The position numbers and the translations under genes were made by a program. Source: a virus (taxonomy: Duplodnaviria; Caudoviricetes). From it: a stretch of 64,000 nt of DNA. Below are positions 10,189 through 20,810 of this stretch, piece after piece; positions within the stretch are counted from its first letter, which is position 1; each line of letters starts with the position of its first letter. The DNA is taken from the IMG/VR virus record IMGVR_UViG_3300027858_000004, positions 1 through 64,000 of that record; one strand, given 5' to 3'. Below the pieces are notes generated by a model. It ran no database searches and was not told the origin of the DNA. It was given only the letters and a program-made list of their open reading frames with translations.

Positions 10189-10212
10189 GTGACACTCTTA
10201 ACAGGGTGTCAC
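10189..10212 (+). terminator. hairpin
   Basis: GTGACACTCT-TAAC-AGGGTGTCAC. Confidence 0.55.
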
Positions 10213-10302
10213 ACATAAAATATATTTATAAATAGTTATTGACAAATACATAGTAATGTGCTATAATTAAGTTATAAGTAAGAAGAAAACAAATGACAAG
10301 CA

Positions 10303-12541
10303 ATGAAGGAGGAAGGTATAATGGAATTTACAATTGATTCAAGTTTAAAAATCATAAAAGATGTTGAAGGGGCAAGAAAAGTAATAGAAAGAATTACAGA
10401 AGATAACACTCTAAGAATAGAAATTGAGAGTGGGGAGATTGCAGAATTTGCATATAGCAAAGAATCTCAAAGCACATTTTCAAGTGGAATAGGTATCACC
10501 TATTTAAATAGCAGCTCTACCCCTTTCAATACTATTCCAAACCTATATGACAAGGAAACTGCAAGTAGATTGCTCTATGCTAACAGAAGAGCCTACAACA
10601 AGAAATTTAAATAATAGGAGAGATTAAAGTGAATAAAATCAAAGCGATAGATGTATTTAATTGTAATAATGTATTCCCAAAACCATTTCATGAGTGTGTG
10701 GAGATTGCTAAAAGTGTGGGATATTCGTATATGTCTTTTAACACTATGGTGGTTAGTGTGGATGCTAATAGCACATCAGATTATATTTGTTTAGAAAAAG
10801 ACTTAGCAGTATAATACGTGTCTTTTATTAAAAGAATGGAGGAACAATGATATGGAAGAAATCAAAATCATAGGTTACTTTGTTGATAAGGATGGAGACA
10901 AATCAATACCCAGTGACGTATTCGTTGCGATTGATGAAGTGGCAGATTTTAAAGGCAATTTGACAATTTATTGCACAATTGGTCAACATGGTAGTGCTAG
11001 TTTAGAATATATTAAGGAATGCGAAGAAATTACAAAAAAAGAGTATATTGAAGCTAGTAGAGGTCTTTATACACCTGTTGAATATATTTAATAAAAAAGG
11101 AAGGGGGAAATTAAATGAGTATCAAAGAACAACTATTAAATTTGGGGATTAATGAAACTGAAATTGATACACATGAATCTGATTTATATGTTTTAGTCAA
11201 TGACATTTCTAAAGAATGGCTTTCAACGTATGAATTTAAAAGCATTGTTTACATGTTTAGGTCGGAAATTGACAATAAACTTTGGTACGATATTCCGTTC
11301 GGTTACATGAATGAACATTATGAAAATAGATTTAATTTGTGAGTTTATAGGAGGTTATTCTTATGGAAGAAGTTATAATGAAAGACGGTTTTTTGAATAG
11401 CTTAGACTTTGCACTAGAACAATTAGAAAGACAGTCGGAGTTATTTGAAGAGGCAGAAATGAATGCTGAAAGAATTAGAACTGATACCTTAATAAGAGAG
11501 TTAAGACAGGTTATAGATAAATCTGAAAGATTGGTTTACTTTGTAAATAATGGATTTGATAAAATGTGATATTTATTAAAAAAGAGGGGTGACTATATGC
11601 AAAGACTTGACATTGAAACGTGGAAAAATATATTTAGGAACATACGAGAAGCACAGGAAGAGCAAGAAAAAGAAGAAGGTATAGAAGAGCTGATTAGAGA
11701 TGGTGTAGTTGAAAGAATTGATGTTGAGGTAACTTGGTTAGAAACTGACGATGAGTGGTGTCTATGTAGCGAATACGAGCTATTTGAAGATGGTTTTAAA
11801 ACAGAAGAAGAAGCAATGGAGCGTTTGAAATATCTAGAAAATATTTTACTGTGATTGATAAATTGCGACTTTTATGAAAATTGAATGGAGGGTTAAAATG
11901 GCTATTTACAAAAGTGGAGAAGCAATCGTTAAATTTAGTTTATTAAAAACTACCGACACTAGAAAGCTTTATAATTTTATTGTTAATATACAAGGCAATG
12001 AGGATTTTGTTTTTAACGGTGAAGATTATTCATGTCCTATTAGTTGGTCTGATGAACAAATTGCAAGTGATATGTTTAATTGGGCATTGGATATGTCAAT
12101 GGAGGGCGACTTAGACCTTTTGAATGCTATTGCTTTCAATGAGTATGTGGGCAATGAGAATACACCTTTAGTTGAACAAATTTAATAAAAAGCTGATATT
12201 ATGAAGGAGGATGAGGAATGAAGTTTCTACATGGCATATCAATAGCAATATTATATTTACTTGGTATTATTAAGGTTTTTGGTGGAATTGGAATTCATCT
12301 TTATACAGTATATCTATTTTTCATAGTTCATGGTGTATTAGGTGGAGCGATTTCATTATTTTTACCAGTGTTATCGCAAATTTTTATGGGGTTTAAATTG
12401 GTTTCTTATTATGGATGGAATACTCTTTATCCAATGATGTTAATAGCTTATGTGTTAGTTCATATATTGAGCTTTGTGTTCGCTTTAATTGTTACATATG
12501 CTGAAGATAAAGCTATAAAAAAATCACTAATTAAAAGCTAA
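10303..12541 (+). other. Operon of 8 small hypothetical ORFs (10303, 10629, 10852, 11115, 11363, 11597, 11874, 12218; the last is a membrane protein)
   Basis: Each has an RBS; one promoter at 10239; several junctions carry the 18-bp palindrome. Confidence 0.75.
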
Positions 12542-12670
12542 TTTGTAGAAAAATCATACTTCATAGCTTCATAATTAATTGAAGTATGATTTTTAAAAAA
12601 TATTTATTGACATATACATGTTGGTGTGCTATAATTAAGTTATAAGTAAGGAACACATAAAAGAAAGAGG

Positions 12671-13288
12671 ATGATGAATATGTCAAAGTTTGAAAATTAC
12701 TATAATCATGTGAATGAAGAAGCAGAAGGATTTGTAGGACAATATCTAGAAGATTTCATACACGACATTTCAAACGGAAGTACGGATGTAGACAGTCTAT
12801 TAGACGATGATGGAAAGTTACATGAGTACTGTGACCAACACTTTGACTTAAGGGATGCAGTAGAAATCTTAGAACAGTCTAATAATGTTGAAGAAGATAG
12901 TGGCTTATGGGAAAGCTTAAGCCCTATAGAAGCAGTTGAATCAATGGGATTTTGGACATTTAAAAACGATATGCGAGATGCAGTAAGAGAACAGTTGGAA
13001 GATAAATTAGAAGAAAAGAAAACAGATTTAGAATCAGAATTAGAAGACTTGGAGAAAACAAAATCAGAAATAGAAGAAAAAATGGAAGAATTAGAAAATG
13101 AAAGAGATGAGTTGGATGAGCTAGATGAGATGGACGAAGATGAACAAAAACGTTATGATGAGATTGAGACTAAAATTGGGGAACTAGAAAAAGAAAGGTT
13201 AGATGAAAATGAAGAGGATATTGAAGATGCTATCGAAACAATGGGATATACAATAGATTATTTAGATGAGGCAATAGACTCTATCTAA
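12671..13288 (+). CDS. second Ocr-like acidic protein with coiled-coil tail
   Basis: LHEYCD...EEDSGLW resembles Ocr LHDAIH...FEDSGLM; extremely D/E-rich. Confidence 0.5.
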   Translation: MMNMSKFENYYNHVNEEAEGFVGQYLEDFIHDISNGSTDVDSLLDDDGKLHEYCDQHFDLRDAVEILEQSNNVEEDSGLWESLSPIEAVESMGFWTFKNDMRDAVREQLEDKLEEKKTDLESELEDLEKTKSEIEEKMEELENERDELDELDEMDEDEQKRYDEIETKIGELEKERLDENEEDIEDAIETMGYTIDYLDEAIDSI

Positions 13289-13328
13289 ATCAGTAAAATC
13301 TACTTTTTATTAAATTGGAGGAATTAAG

Positions 13329-13514
13329 ATGGATAAATATTATGAAGTAGCAATTTCAGTTGAACAAGTTTTTAGTTATAAAGTAAAAGCTAAAAATCCA
13401 ATTGAAGCAGAAGAAAAAGCAGTAAACACACTGAAAAGAGAAGAAGACTATGCGGTGATTTTGGATTCAGATGGAGCGATTGAAGAAATTACAGAAGATG
13501 AATTTTACGATTAA
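13329..13514 (+). CDS. small acidic protein
   Basis: GGAGG RBS; VKAKNPIEAEEKA motif; bounded by sites 13293 and 13514. Confidence 0.7.
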   Translation: MDKYYEVAISVEQVFSYKVKAKNPIEAEEKAVNTLKREEDYAVILDSDGAIEEITEDEFYD

Positions 13515-13551
13515 TAAAATATCCATATTATGAAATAGGAGATGATAAAAA

Positions 13552-13920
13552 ATGACAACATTCTTAGAAGCAACTAGACGATGGGTTAATGAGTGGAATG
13601 CTATTCCTACTGATGCAGTCAACATTTTAATGAATCATGACATAGATTCTAATGGGGATAGCTATGAAATAACAGAAGAAAGAGAAACCGTTTATGGATA
13701 TCCTGTAGGATGGGGAACAATGTGGACTTTTGGCGAGTCTTTAGACAGTGATTGGGCAATGGAAAATAAAGAAATACTAGAGAAATGTGGGGTAGTTGCA
13801 TACTACACTGAGTCTTTAGGGGTTGTTATTGGTATTGACGGTGGAGGCTACGACTTTTATGACCAACATTGGATTCCACTATATAAGGCTAGAGGCTTAC
13901 AGTGGCATAGTGGAGAATAA
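13552..13920 (+). CDS. conserved phage hypothetical protein
   Basis: WGTMW...GIDGGGYDFY..HWIPLY motif. Confidence 0.75.
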   Translation: MTTFLEATRRWVNEWNAIPTDAVNILMNHDIDSNGDSYEITEERETVYGYPVGWGTMWTFGESLDSDWAMENKEILEKCGVVAYYTESLGVVIGIDGGGYDFYDQHWIPLYKARGLQWHSGE

Positions 13921-14042
13921 ATTAACTTAGATGTATTTTAGGAGGGGAATAATAATTCCTTTCCTAAAAGATAGTTATTGACATTTACATAAGTATGTGC
14001 TATAATTTATTTATAGTAATAAAGAGAAAGAGGCTGATAATT

Positions 14043-14567
14043 ATGGATTACTCATTCAACGGAATTACAGGACAAGTAAACACATGTTACTTAAAAGCTG
14101 AATGGATAGGATTTGATTCAGAAGAGTTTATGTTCACTAAGAAAACGTATGAGCATAAAGAGGAAGGATTAAGCTTTAAATATCTATATGCAGTATCAGT
14201 CACTAATGTTGGGGACTCCAATGGAGAAGATTTGAATTTGGTTACACTAGAGCTAGTAGTGGATAAATCATCCCTTGCGCCAAAGGTCTTAGAATCAATT
14301 TTAGATTCAAGTGGTTGTGATTCTATTGATGAGATTGATAATTGGAATATCATAGCAGAAGGTGGTAGCTCTATTATCATGGGCGAGGAGCTTGTTGGTG
14401 AAGATGATTTAGAGAAGACTATTATAGGTGCAATGGCTACTGTAAGGTCAATAGACAGCATGAGAGGATTCTTTATTGATAAACCCATGAACAATTTTGG
14501 AATGACAGGTTGGGACATCATTAAATATTCAATTGGGAATAAAGAAGAGCTATTTGAAATTAAATAA
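14043..14567 (+). CDS. hypothetical protein (start revised)
   Basis: AGAGG RBS; ORF-track start lies in the promoter. Confidence 0.7.
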   Translation: MDYSFNGITGQVNTCYLKAEWIGFDSEEFMFTKKTYEHKEEGLSFKYLYAVSVTNVGDSNGEDLNLVTLELVVDKSSLAPKVLESILDSSGCDSIDEIDNWNIIAEGGSSIIMGEELVGEDDLEKTIIGAMATVRSIDSMRGFFIDKPMNNFGMTGWDIIKYSIGNKEELFEIK

Positions 14568-14648
14568 ATATTAATAAATAGTTATTGACATATCATCTTT
14601 AGTGTGCTATAATTAATTTATAAGTAAGAAACACACAAAAGAAAGAGG

Positions 14649-14924
14649 ATGATGAGAATGAAAAAATCAGACTTCGAATTTAAATGTGATAGATGCACAG
14701 ATGGAAAAATGGAAAGATACGGACACATTGATAATGGTATTTGTTATAAATGTAGTGGTGTTGGTAGATTAATGTATAATCCACAACCATTTGGAGTAGA
14801 AGAAAAGTTGAATCAATGGTCTGAACAAGAATACTGGGAAATTCAAGCAGAACAGGAAAAAGAACTTAATGCACAAAAGGATTACTTTGAGTATGTAGTA
14901 AACGATGGTGGGTATGCTTGGTAG
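14649..14924 (+). CDS. DnaJ-type Zn-finger-like small protein
   Basis: CDRC.DG...CYKCSGVG. Confidence 0.65.
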   Translation: MMRMKKSDFEFKCDRCTDGKMERYGHIDNGICYKCSGVGRLMYNPQPFGVEEKLNQWSEQEYWEIQAEQEKELNAQKDYFEYVVNDGGYAW

Positions 14925-15007
14925 TTGAGAATGGGAAGGGGTTCCTTCCCTAAAGTAAAGAATCAGTAATAACGATATTTTATTAAAACTCGAATGGAGG
15001 AAATTAA

Positions 15008-15825
15008 ATGCACTATATAATGGTATGGATACATGAAGAAGAAAAATGGTATTACTTCATAAATGATTTTGATTCAAGTCAATTCCCTAACGGATATGTA
15101 GATTATTATATTGAGGTGAACAATGGGGCAATTGTAAACGATAGTTGGGAATCTTCAAATGAAGGTGAGAAATTTATGGATTGCTATAACTCATCGTTAT
15201 GGGCAATTGCTTCTTAATAAAAGAACGATTGTATTAATTGTATAACAAAAAACTAAAAATAGAACGGAGACAATTATAATGACAATTAAAAATCTTTCCC
15301 AGTTTAAAAAGTGGTTAAGCAAAGGAAACAAAATTCAATTCTTAGAAAACACTATGAAACCAGAAATGGCAAACGGTCAAATTAGAGAGGTGAACATTGT
15401 ACAAACAAATAGCTTTACAACTTTAGTAGGCGAAAAGGATTCATGGTTAGAGTTTCCAAAGGCTAAAGAATTAATGTTTAATTCAGATGGAACTATTGAC
15501 TTTATTAATAAACATGATGGCGAAATGTGGTTAAAAATTAAACCATTAACATAATAAAAGTAACGGTTTTAACTTAGAAAGGAAGATGGCAATGGCACAC
15601 AAAATAGTTACTATAAACGGAAACAGATTATTTGAATTAACATATATGGGCGACAAACAGTTTTGCACAATTGAAAATGTAGGTGAGGACGAATATTATG
15701 CTTATAATCAAATGGGCGAAGGTTATTCTGTAGCAGAGCTAAACACAATTGAAATCGTTGAATTGATGACCACTGGCGAAGTAGAATGCAGTGTGGAACA
15801 ATCAAACCATTTAAACCACGAATAG
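15008..15825 (+). other. three small hypothetical ORFs (15008, 15279, 15586)
   Basis: RBSs present; separated by palindromic sites at 14966, 15217 and a 7-bp-spacer variant at 15554. Confidence 0.7.
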
Positions 15826-15919
15826 AACAAACAATAGGGATATAAAATTAGTTATTGACATATTACTGTTAATGTGCTATAATTTACTTATAGAAAGATA
15901 CAGAAAGAGGATGATACAG

Positions 15920-16297
15920 ATGGGTCTAGATATGTACTTAGTAAAAGAAAAAGAAGATGGCAAATTAGATTACACTAATGAATTAGCATATTGGAGAAAA
16001 GCCAACCACATTCATTCATGGTTTGTTAAAAACGTGCAAAATAACACTGATGAATGTATAGCTCATCAAGTCTCAGAAGAACAACTGGAAGAGCTATTAA
16101 GAGTGTGTAAAGAGGTATTAAAAGACCATAGTAAAGCTGATGAGCTTTTGCCCACACAAAACGGATTCTTCTTTGGTAGCACACAATACGATGAATATTA
16201 TTTTGGGGCTATTGAGGAAACTATAGAAACTATTGGTGGAATTTTAGATAACTTTGATTTTAAAAATGAGAAATTATATTATGACTCTAGTTGGTAA
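15920..16297 (+). CDS. conserved phage hypothetical protein (MGLDMY...YWRK family)
   Basis: MGLDMYL, AYWRKANHIHSWF, GFFFGS, YYDSSW. Confidence 0.8.
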   Translation: MGLDMYLVKEKEDGKLDYTNELAYWRKANHIHSWFVKNVQNNTDECIAHQVSEEQLEELLRVCKEVLKDHSKADELLPTQNGFFFGSTQYDEYYFGAIEETIETIGGILDNFDFKNEKLYYDSSW

Positions 16298-16389
16298 AAA
16301 TAAAATTAATTTATGGTTTCAATGCACCAAAAATATAGTATTATGGTAATGGTAAGAAAATACTAAAAAAGAGAGTGGGAGAAATGAGA

Positions 16390-16689
16390 ATGAGCAATCT
16401 ACTAGCTATGAAAGATTTATCTTCACAACAATTGGCAATGGTACAATCTGAGGTTAAAGGCAAAGAAAAGTCAAAAGGCATCGCATATGCACTATGGTTC
16501 TTTTTGGGTGCTTTAGGTGGTCACAGATACTATGTTGGCGATATTGGAATGGGTATTACAATGACACTGACACTAGGTGGATTAGGATTTTGGGCATTAA
16601 TTGATGTGTTCTTTATTGGTTCTCGAATTGAAAAGAAAAATGAGGATTTAGAATATAATACAATCCTAAAAGTAAAGGCAATAGCATAG
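16390..16689 (+). CDS. TM2-domain membrane protein
   Basis: KSKGIAYALWFFLGALGGHRYYVG TM2 signature. Confidence 0.85.
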   Translation: MSNLLAMKDLSSQQLAMVQSEVKGKEKSKGIAYALWFFLGALGGHRYYVGDIGMGITMTLTLGGLGFWALIDVFFIGSRIEKKNEDLEYNTILKVKAIA

Positions 16690-16692
16690 CTA

Positions 16693-16759
16693 ACTCGACT
16701 AAGCGAGTATAAACAGACATTTAGGCTTAGAGCGTTCCCTGTGAAAACGGGGAGGTTGT
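16693..16759 (+). ncRNA. Pistol self-cleaving ribozyme
   Basis: P1 ACUCG/CGAGU; loop CUAAG pairs with CUUAG (16726-16730); AUAAACAG linker; UUAG and AGCG conserved; P3 UUCCCUGU-GAAA-ACGGGGAG; G|U site 16755/16756; P2 ACA/UGU. Confidence 0.85.
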
Positions 16760-16790
16760 AAGACAATATAAAATTAGGGATGTAATAATT

Positions 16791-16886
16791 ATGTCGATTG
16801 AGCTGATAAAGTGTGGCTATTGTGGTGAAGAGGGTAATATAGAAGAAATAGAAAGTCATATTTGTGAAGATGAAGATGTCGAATAA
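16791..16886 (+). CDS. 31-aa Zn-finger-like peptide (not in ORF track)
   Basis: AGGGA RBS; CGYC...HIC; stop lies in palindromic site 16883. Confidence 0.5.
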   Translation: MSIELIKCGYCGEEGNIEEIESHICEDEDVE

Positions 16887-16978
16887 AATAATAATATTAT
16901 TAAATTAGTTATTGACAAATACACGAGTCATGTGCTATAATTTACTTATAGGTAAAAACAACAAAAAGAAAATGGAGC

Positions 16979-17386
16979 GTGATTAAATTGACAAAACAAT
17001 ATGTAGTATCATTAGATTCAATGTTCACAGTGAAAGCAAATAGTGAGGAAGAGATTCATGAGATTGCCCTTGCAAAGCTAAAAGAAATTTTGGTGTCGGA
17101 TATGATACAGTTTGCTTGGGAAGAGGATGACATTGAATTTCTAGAAGAAGATGAAGATATGATTAAATTTACAACTGACATTGGAGAAGAAGTAGAATTA
17201 ACAGATGAGCAATTAAGAACAGAAGCAAAAAGCATGATTGAATTTGCTATGAATGAAAAAGATTACACAATTGATGGAATCGATGCGAAAATGATAGCAG
17301 AGGATATTACAGGGATTTTTGGTAAACATGGTTTATCAGATAAAGCTTTGGAGATTATAGAAGAGCAATTGAATAGTTTTAAATAG
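16979..17386 (+). CDS. acidic hypothetical protein
   Basis: ORF after promoter at 16912. Confidence 0.7.
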   Translation: MIKLTKQYVVSLDSMFTVKANSEEEIHEIALAKLKEILVSDMIQFAWEEDDIEFLEEDEDMIKFTTDIGEEVELTDEQLRTEAKSMIEFAMNEKDYTIDGIDAKMIAEDITGIFGKHGLSDKALEIIEEQLNSFK

Positions 17387-17463
17387 ATATTGACAAAAAG
17401 AAATTAATGTGCTATAATTAGTTATAAGTTAATTAAACAAAACAAACAAATGGAGGAATTGAA

Positions 17464-17757
17464 ATGACAACAACTACTGAAACGAATGTACAAGATTTAA
17501 TGGAAGAATGGGAAGTATCGGAAAATGAAGTTAAACAGGTTGCAGAGCATTTTGAAGTATCAGTTGAAGACCTGTGTAGATATCAGGATGAAGATAATTT
17601 AAGATTACATTGTTCTTATGACGATTTCTTCACATGGATGCACGAAGACTCAGATGTTTCATCTCTAATTGAGCTATTGAGAGAAGGCAGCAATGGAATT
17701 AATGAAGAGCAAATTTACACCTTAAGTAATGAACAAGTAGTATTCATGTACCAATAG
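17464..17757 (+). CDS. acidic hypothetical protein
   Basis: GGAGG RBS; promoter at 17390. Confidence 0.75.
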   Translation: MTTTTETNVQDLMEEWEVSENEVKQVAEHFEVSVEDLCRYQDEDNLRLHCSYDDFFTWMHEDSDVSSLIELLREGSNGINEEQIYTLSNEQVVFMYQ

Positions 17758-17831
17758 TTACTATAACAGATTGCACAAATTAGAGCTGAGATTTTCAGCT
17801 CTACATACATAAAATTGGAGAGTGATTTCAA

Positions 17832-18191
17832 ATGGATAGAACAAAGATGATAGAGAACTTAAATAGACAATTACCGATGGCACTGGCTGAGTTTAATGAG
17901 CATAGTATTATCGATGATTGCTATAGATATATGATTAGCAATGAAATATCTGCCAATTACGATGAAGAGAAAAATACTGATATTATTGTTTCAATAAGCC
18001 TATATTATTTAGAGCCAGAAGGTGTTAAATTAGTAATGACTGGGATTGATGAAGTTGGTGAAGTAGACCTAATCAACAAGGCAGAGCCTACAGAAAAAGG
18101 CTTAGAAATGCTATTGGAACAGTTTAATACAATTGTCTCCAATAAAGAATATATAAGGGAAAATGCTTTAGAAACAGGATTCATGGGGTAG
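17832..18191 (+). CDS. hypothetical protein
   Basis: GGAG RBS. Confidence 0.7.
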   Translation: MDRTKMIENLNRQLPMALAEFNEHSIIDDCYRYMISNEISANYDEEKNTDIIVSISLYYLEPEGVKLVMTGIDEVGEVDLINKAEPTEKGLEMLLEQFNTIVSNKEYIRENALETGFMG

Positions 18192-18206
18192 ATTGGAGAT
18201 TATAAT

Positions 18207-18605
18207 ATGATTAAATATTTAATAAGAAAAGAGAAATATGATATTGAAGATGTTTTATCAAAAACACTTCTCTTTATGGATAGAAGAAAAAGTGACAAGG
18301 AAACAAAAGTAGACTACGATGGAGACCTAATGAAGATGGCATCTGACAGATATAAATGCTTTGTAAGTAGTGGAACAAAATGTGTAACCTGTGGAATCGA
18401 AGGGTCATATTTTGCAAAAGAAAGACATCAAAATGACAACGTGTATCACTTTAATCTGTATGCTTTAGGTGGAAACGGTGAAGAGGTGTTAATGACCAAA
18501 GACCACATTTTTCCTAAAAGCAAGGGTGGAAGAGACGAGGTTGTCAACTACCAAACAATGTGTTCTCCATGTAATAAGGAAAAAGGTGATAAAATAATTT
18601 CATAA
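18207..18605 (+). CDS. HNH endonuclease
   Basis: CVTC...TKDHIFPKSKGG...NYQTMCSPCN..K. Confidence 0.85.
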   Translation: MIKYLIRKEKYDIEDVLSKTLLFMDRRKSDKETKVDYDGDLMKMASDRYKCFVSSGTKCVTCGIEGSYFAKERHQNDNVYHFNLYALGGNGEEVLMTKDHIFPKSKGGRDEVVNYQTMCSPCNKEKGDKIIS

Positions 18606-18708
18606 AATAGTTATTGACATATAGAGTAATATGTGCTATAATTTAGTTATAGGTAAGAAGCACTCTAAAATGTATAATAAGATTAAGGTTGAAATGGGAG
18701 GAATTGTA

Positions 18709-19167
18709 TTGATAATTACTAAAGAAGAAATGATTAAAAAGTACGCTTCAAACGAATTTGAGAAAAACTATATTGCAGAATTAGGTGATGAAGTTTATGA
18801 GCAAGTAGCCGATACAATTGATTTTATGGAAGGTGACGGAAACTATGAAAACATATCATTTAATGAAATTTTAGAACAGGCATTAGTGGTTTGCGTTCAT
18901 ACTTATGATTTTGTTACATTCAATTTGATTGAAGAAAAGCTCCCCAATGCAAGTTACACTGTTTTACATTACAAAGAAGCGAAAAGTGATTGGGATATTA
19001 AAATGGACAACAAAGGTGATGTCTCTGTCGCTATTAGTATGTCAGATGAACACTATATAATTATGTCATTGCTTGAAACACTGGAAGAACTCACAGATTA
19101 CATGTTTGAACAGGGTGTGGCTAATAATGTTACCTTTGTAAATAATACAACTGGTGCAACCTATTGA
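18709..19167 (+). CDS. hypothetical protein (start revised)
   Basis: GGGAGG before TTG 18709. Confidence 0.65.
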   Translation: MIITKEEMIKKYASNEFEKNYIAELGDEVYEQVADTIDFMEGDGNYENISFNEILEQALVVCVHTYDFVTFNLIEEKLPNASYTVLHYKEAKSDWDIKMDNKGDVSVAISMSDEHYIIMSLLETLEELTDYMFEQGVANNVTFVNNTTGATY

Positions 19168-19230
19168 TATTAATAATGTTCTAATTTTATCACGAAAAAT
19201 GATAATATAAAATCAAAGGGGTCGTTGTAA

Positions 19231-19557
19231 ATGTTAGATATGCAACTAGTTAAATTAGATATTAAAAGAAAGTTTAATGAGTTAAAAAAGTACAATCCAG
19301 AAATATCAGATTTAACAATCACTAAAATAAATGTAGTAGGTAGTTACAATACAGAAAAGTATAAAGAAGGTAAAAGCGATATTGATTTTCAATTAATTAC
19401 AGATAATGAGCTACCTAGTTGGGCAGATATAAATAGTATTGTTGATTATATAAATAGTGAACTAATTGATAAATATGGGGAATGTGAAAAAGGAAATCTA
19501 ATTGATGTGGTAGCAATAAACAATACCTTCTTAGATGGTGAAGTATTTAAAGCGTGA
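19231..19557 (+). CDS. minimal nucleotidyltransferase (Pol-beta superfamily)
   Basis: VVGSY...SDIDF plus distal IDVV Asp. Confidence 0.7.
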   Translation: MLDMQLVKLDIKRKFNELKKYNPEISDLTITKINVVGSYNTEKYKEGKSDIDFQLITDNELPSWADINSIVDYINSELIDKYGECEKGNLIDVVAINNTFLDGEVFKA

Positions 19558-19594
19558 TAAAATGTTGATTTTAACTTAAAAGGAGGTACTACAT

Positions 19595-20696
19595 ATGACA
19601 ATAAGAGTAACTGAAGAGCAATATAAAGTTATTCAAGAATTATCTAATACAGAAGAATGGTTAAAGATGATGTTAGATATAAAAGTAGGATACTTTAAAA
19701 CGTCTGAATTAGTTAAAGCTTATAGAATAAAAAAATTAGAAGTTGCTAAAGAAGGAGAAAACACTCATATTTAAATAGAAATAAAAGGAGGAAATAAATT
19801 GTATATTATAAAAGTAAGTCAAAGCATGGATATTCCATTAATTTTCCGTTCTAATGCTGGATATACCGAAGTAGAAACACTTCCAGAAGCAATTGAAGTT
19901 TATACGGACTTAATTAATAAGTATCCTAATTCCTTAGATATTAAAATTTTTGAGTCAAGTGAAGTGGTTATGTCTAATGAAATAAAAGATGAAGCAATCA
20001 AACGTAAAGAAAAAGAGTATGATTTATTTATGAGGTTGAAAGAAATAGGATTGAGTGAAATATCTTATGTTGACATTAAAGATTTAAACGAGAAAATCTA
20101 TAGTGTATAATTGAGATAAAATCTATCTTTCATTAAGGGGGGAATATGTATGGAAGAAAAATATAGAATAAAATACAAGAATCTCAAGACAGGTAAAAAT
20201 TTTGATATCAAGTGTATAGAAAAGGTTTATCAAACAATACGAAAAATGGAGAAAAAAGGCGAAGCAATAATAGACTATGATGAAAGAAGCAAACGTTTTG
20301 AAAGTTTACTCAATAAAGATTTAGAGATAAAATGAGCATATTATAAAAAAGATTAGACACTTTTGCTTCAGTATACTAGAATGGAAGGAGGAATAATAAG
20401 GAAAGGGAAGAAAGAATATGAAATACGATACTAACATAAATAAGAATAACAATAGCAAGTCTTTTAAATATGACACCAATATTAACAGAATGACCAATAG
20501 CACTAAGAAGAAAGATGAATTTAGTACTAAGGGCGCTTTAATTTTTATCGGAGTAGCTCTTCTTATAGTCTTCATTGTTACTTCATTCAATAGCTCTCCA
20601 TCTTACTATGATAGTAATGATTATGACAGAGATGGAGACTACGATTTAGATGATGGTGTAAAATACTTGGAAGATAGCATTAACAGTCAAAAATAA
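19595..20696 (+). other. four small hypothetical ORFs (19595-19774, 19799, 20150, 20418; the last has a TM helix and DYDRDGDYD EF-hand-like loop)
   Basis: RBSs; palindromic sites at 19557, 20116, 20327. Confidence 0.65.
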
Positions 20697-20810
20697 ATAT
20701 ACGAGTGTCTATTGGAGTTTCAGTAGACATTTAACGAAAACTACATATTGACAAATAAATGGCGATATGCTATACTATATTTAGAGTTAAGAAAAGGGAG
20801 ATGGATGAAT

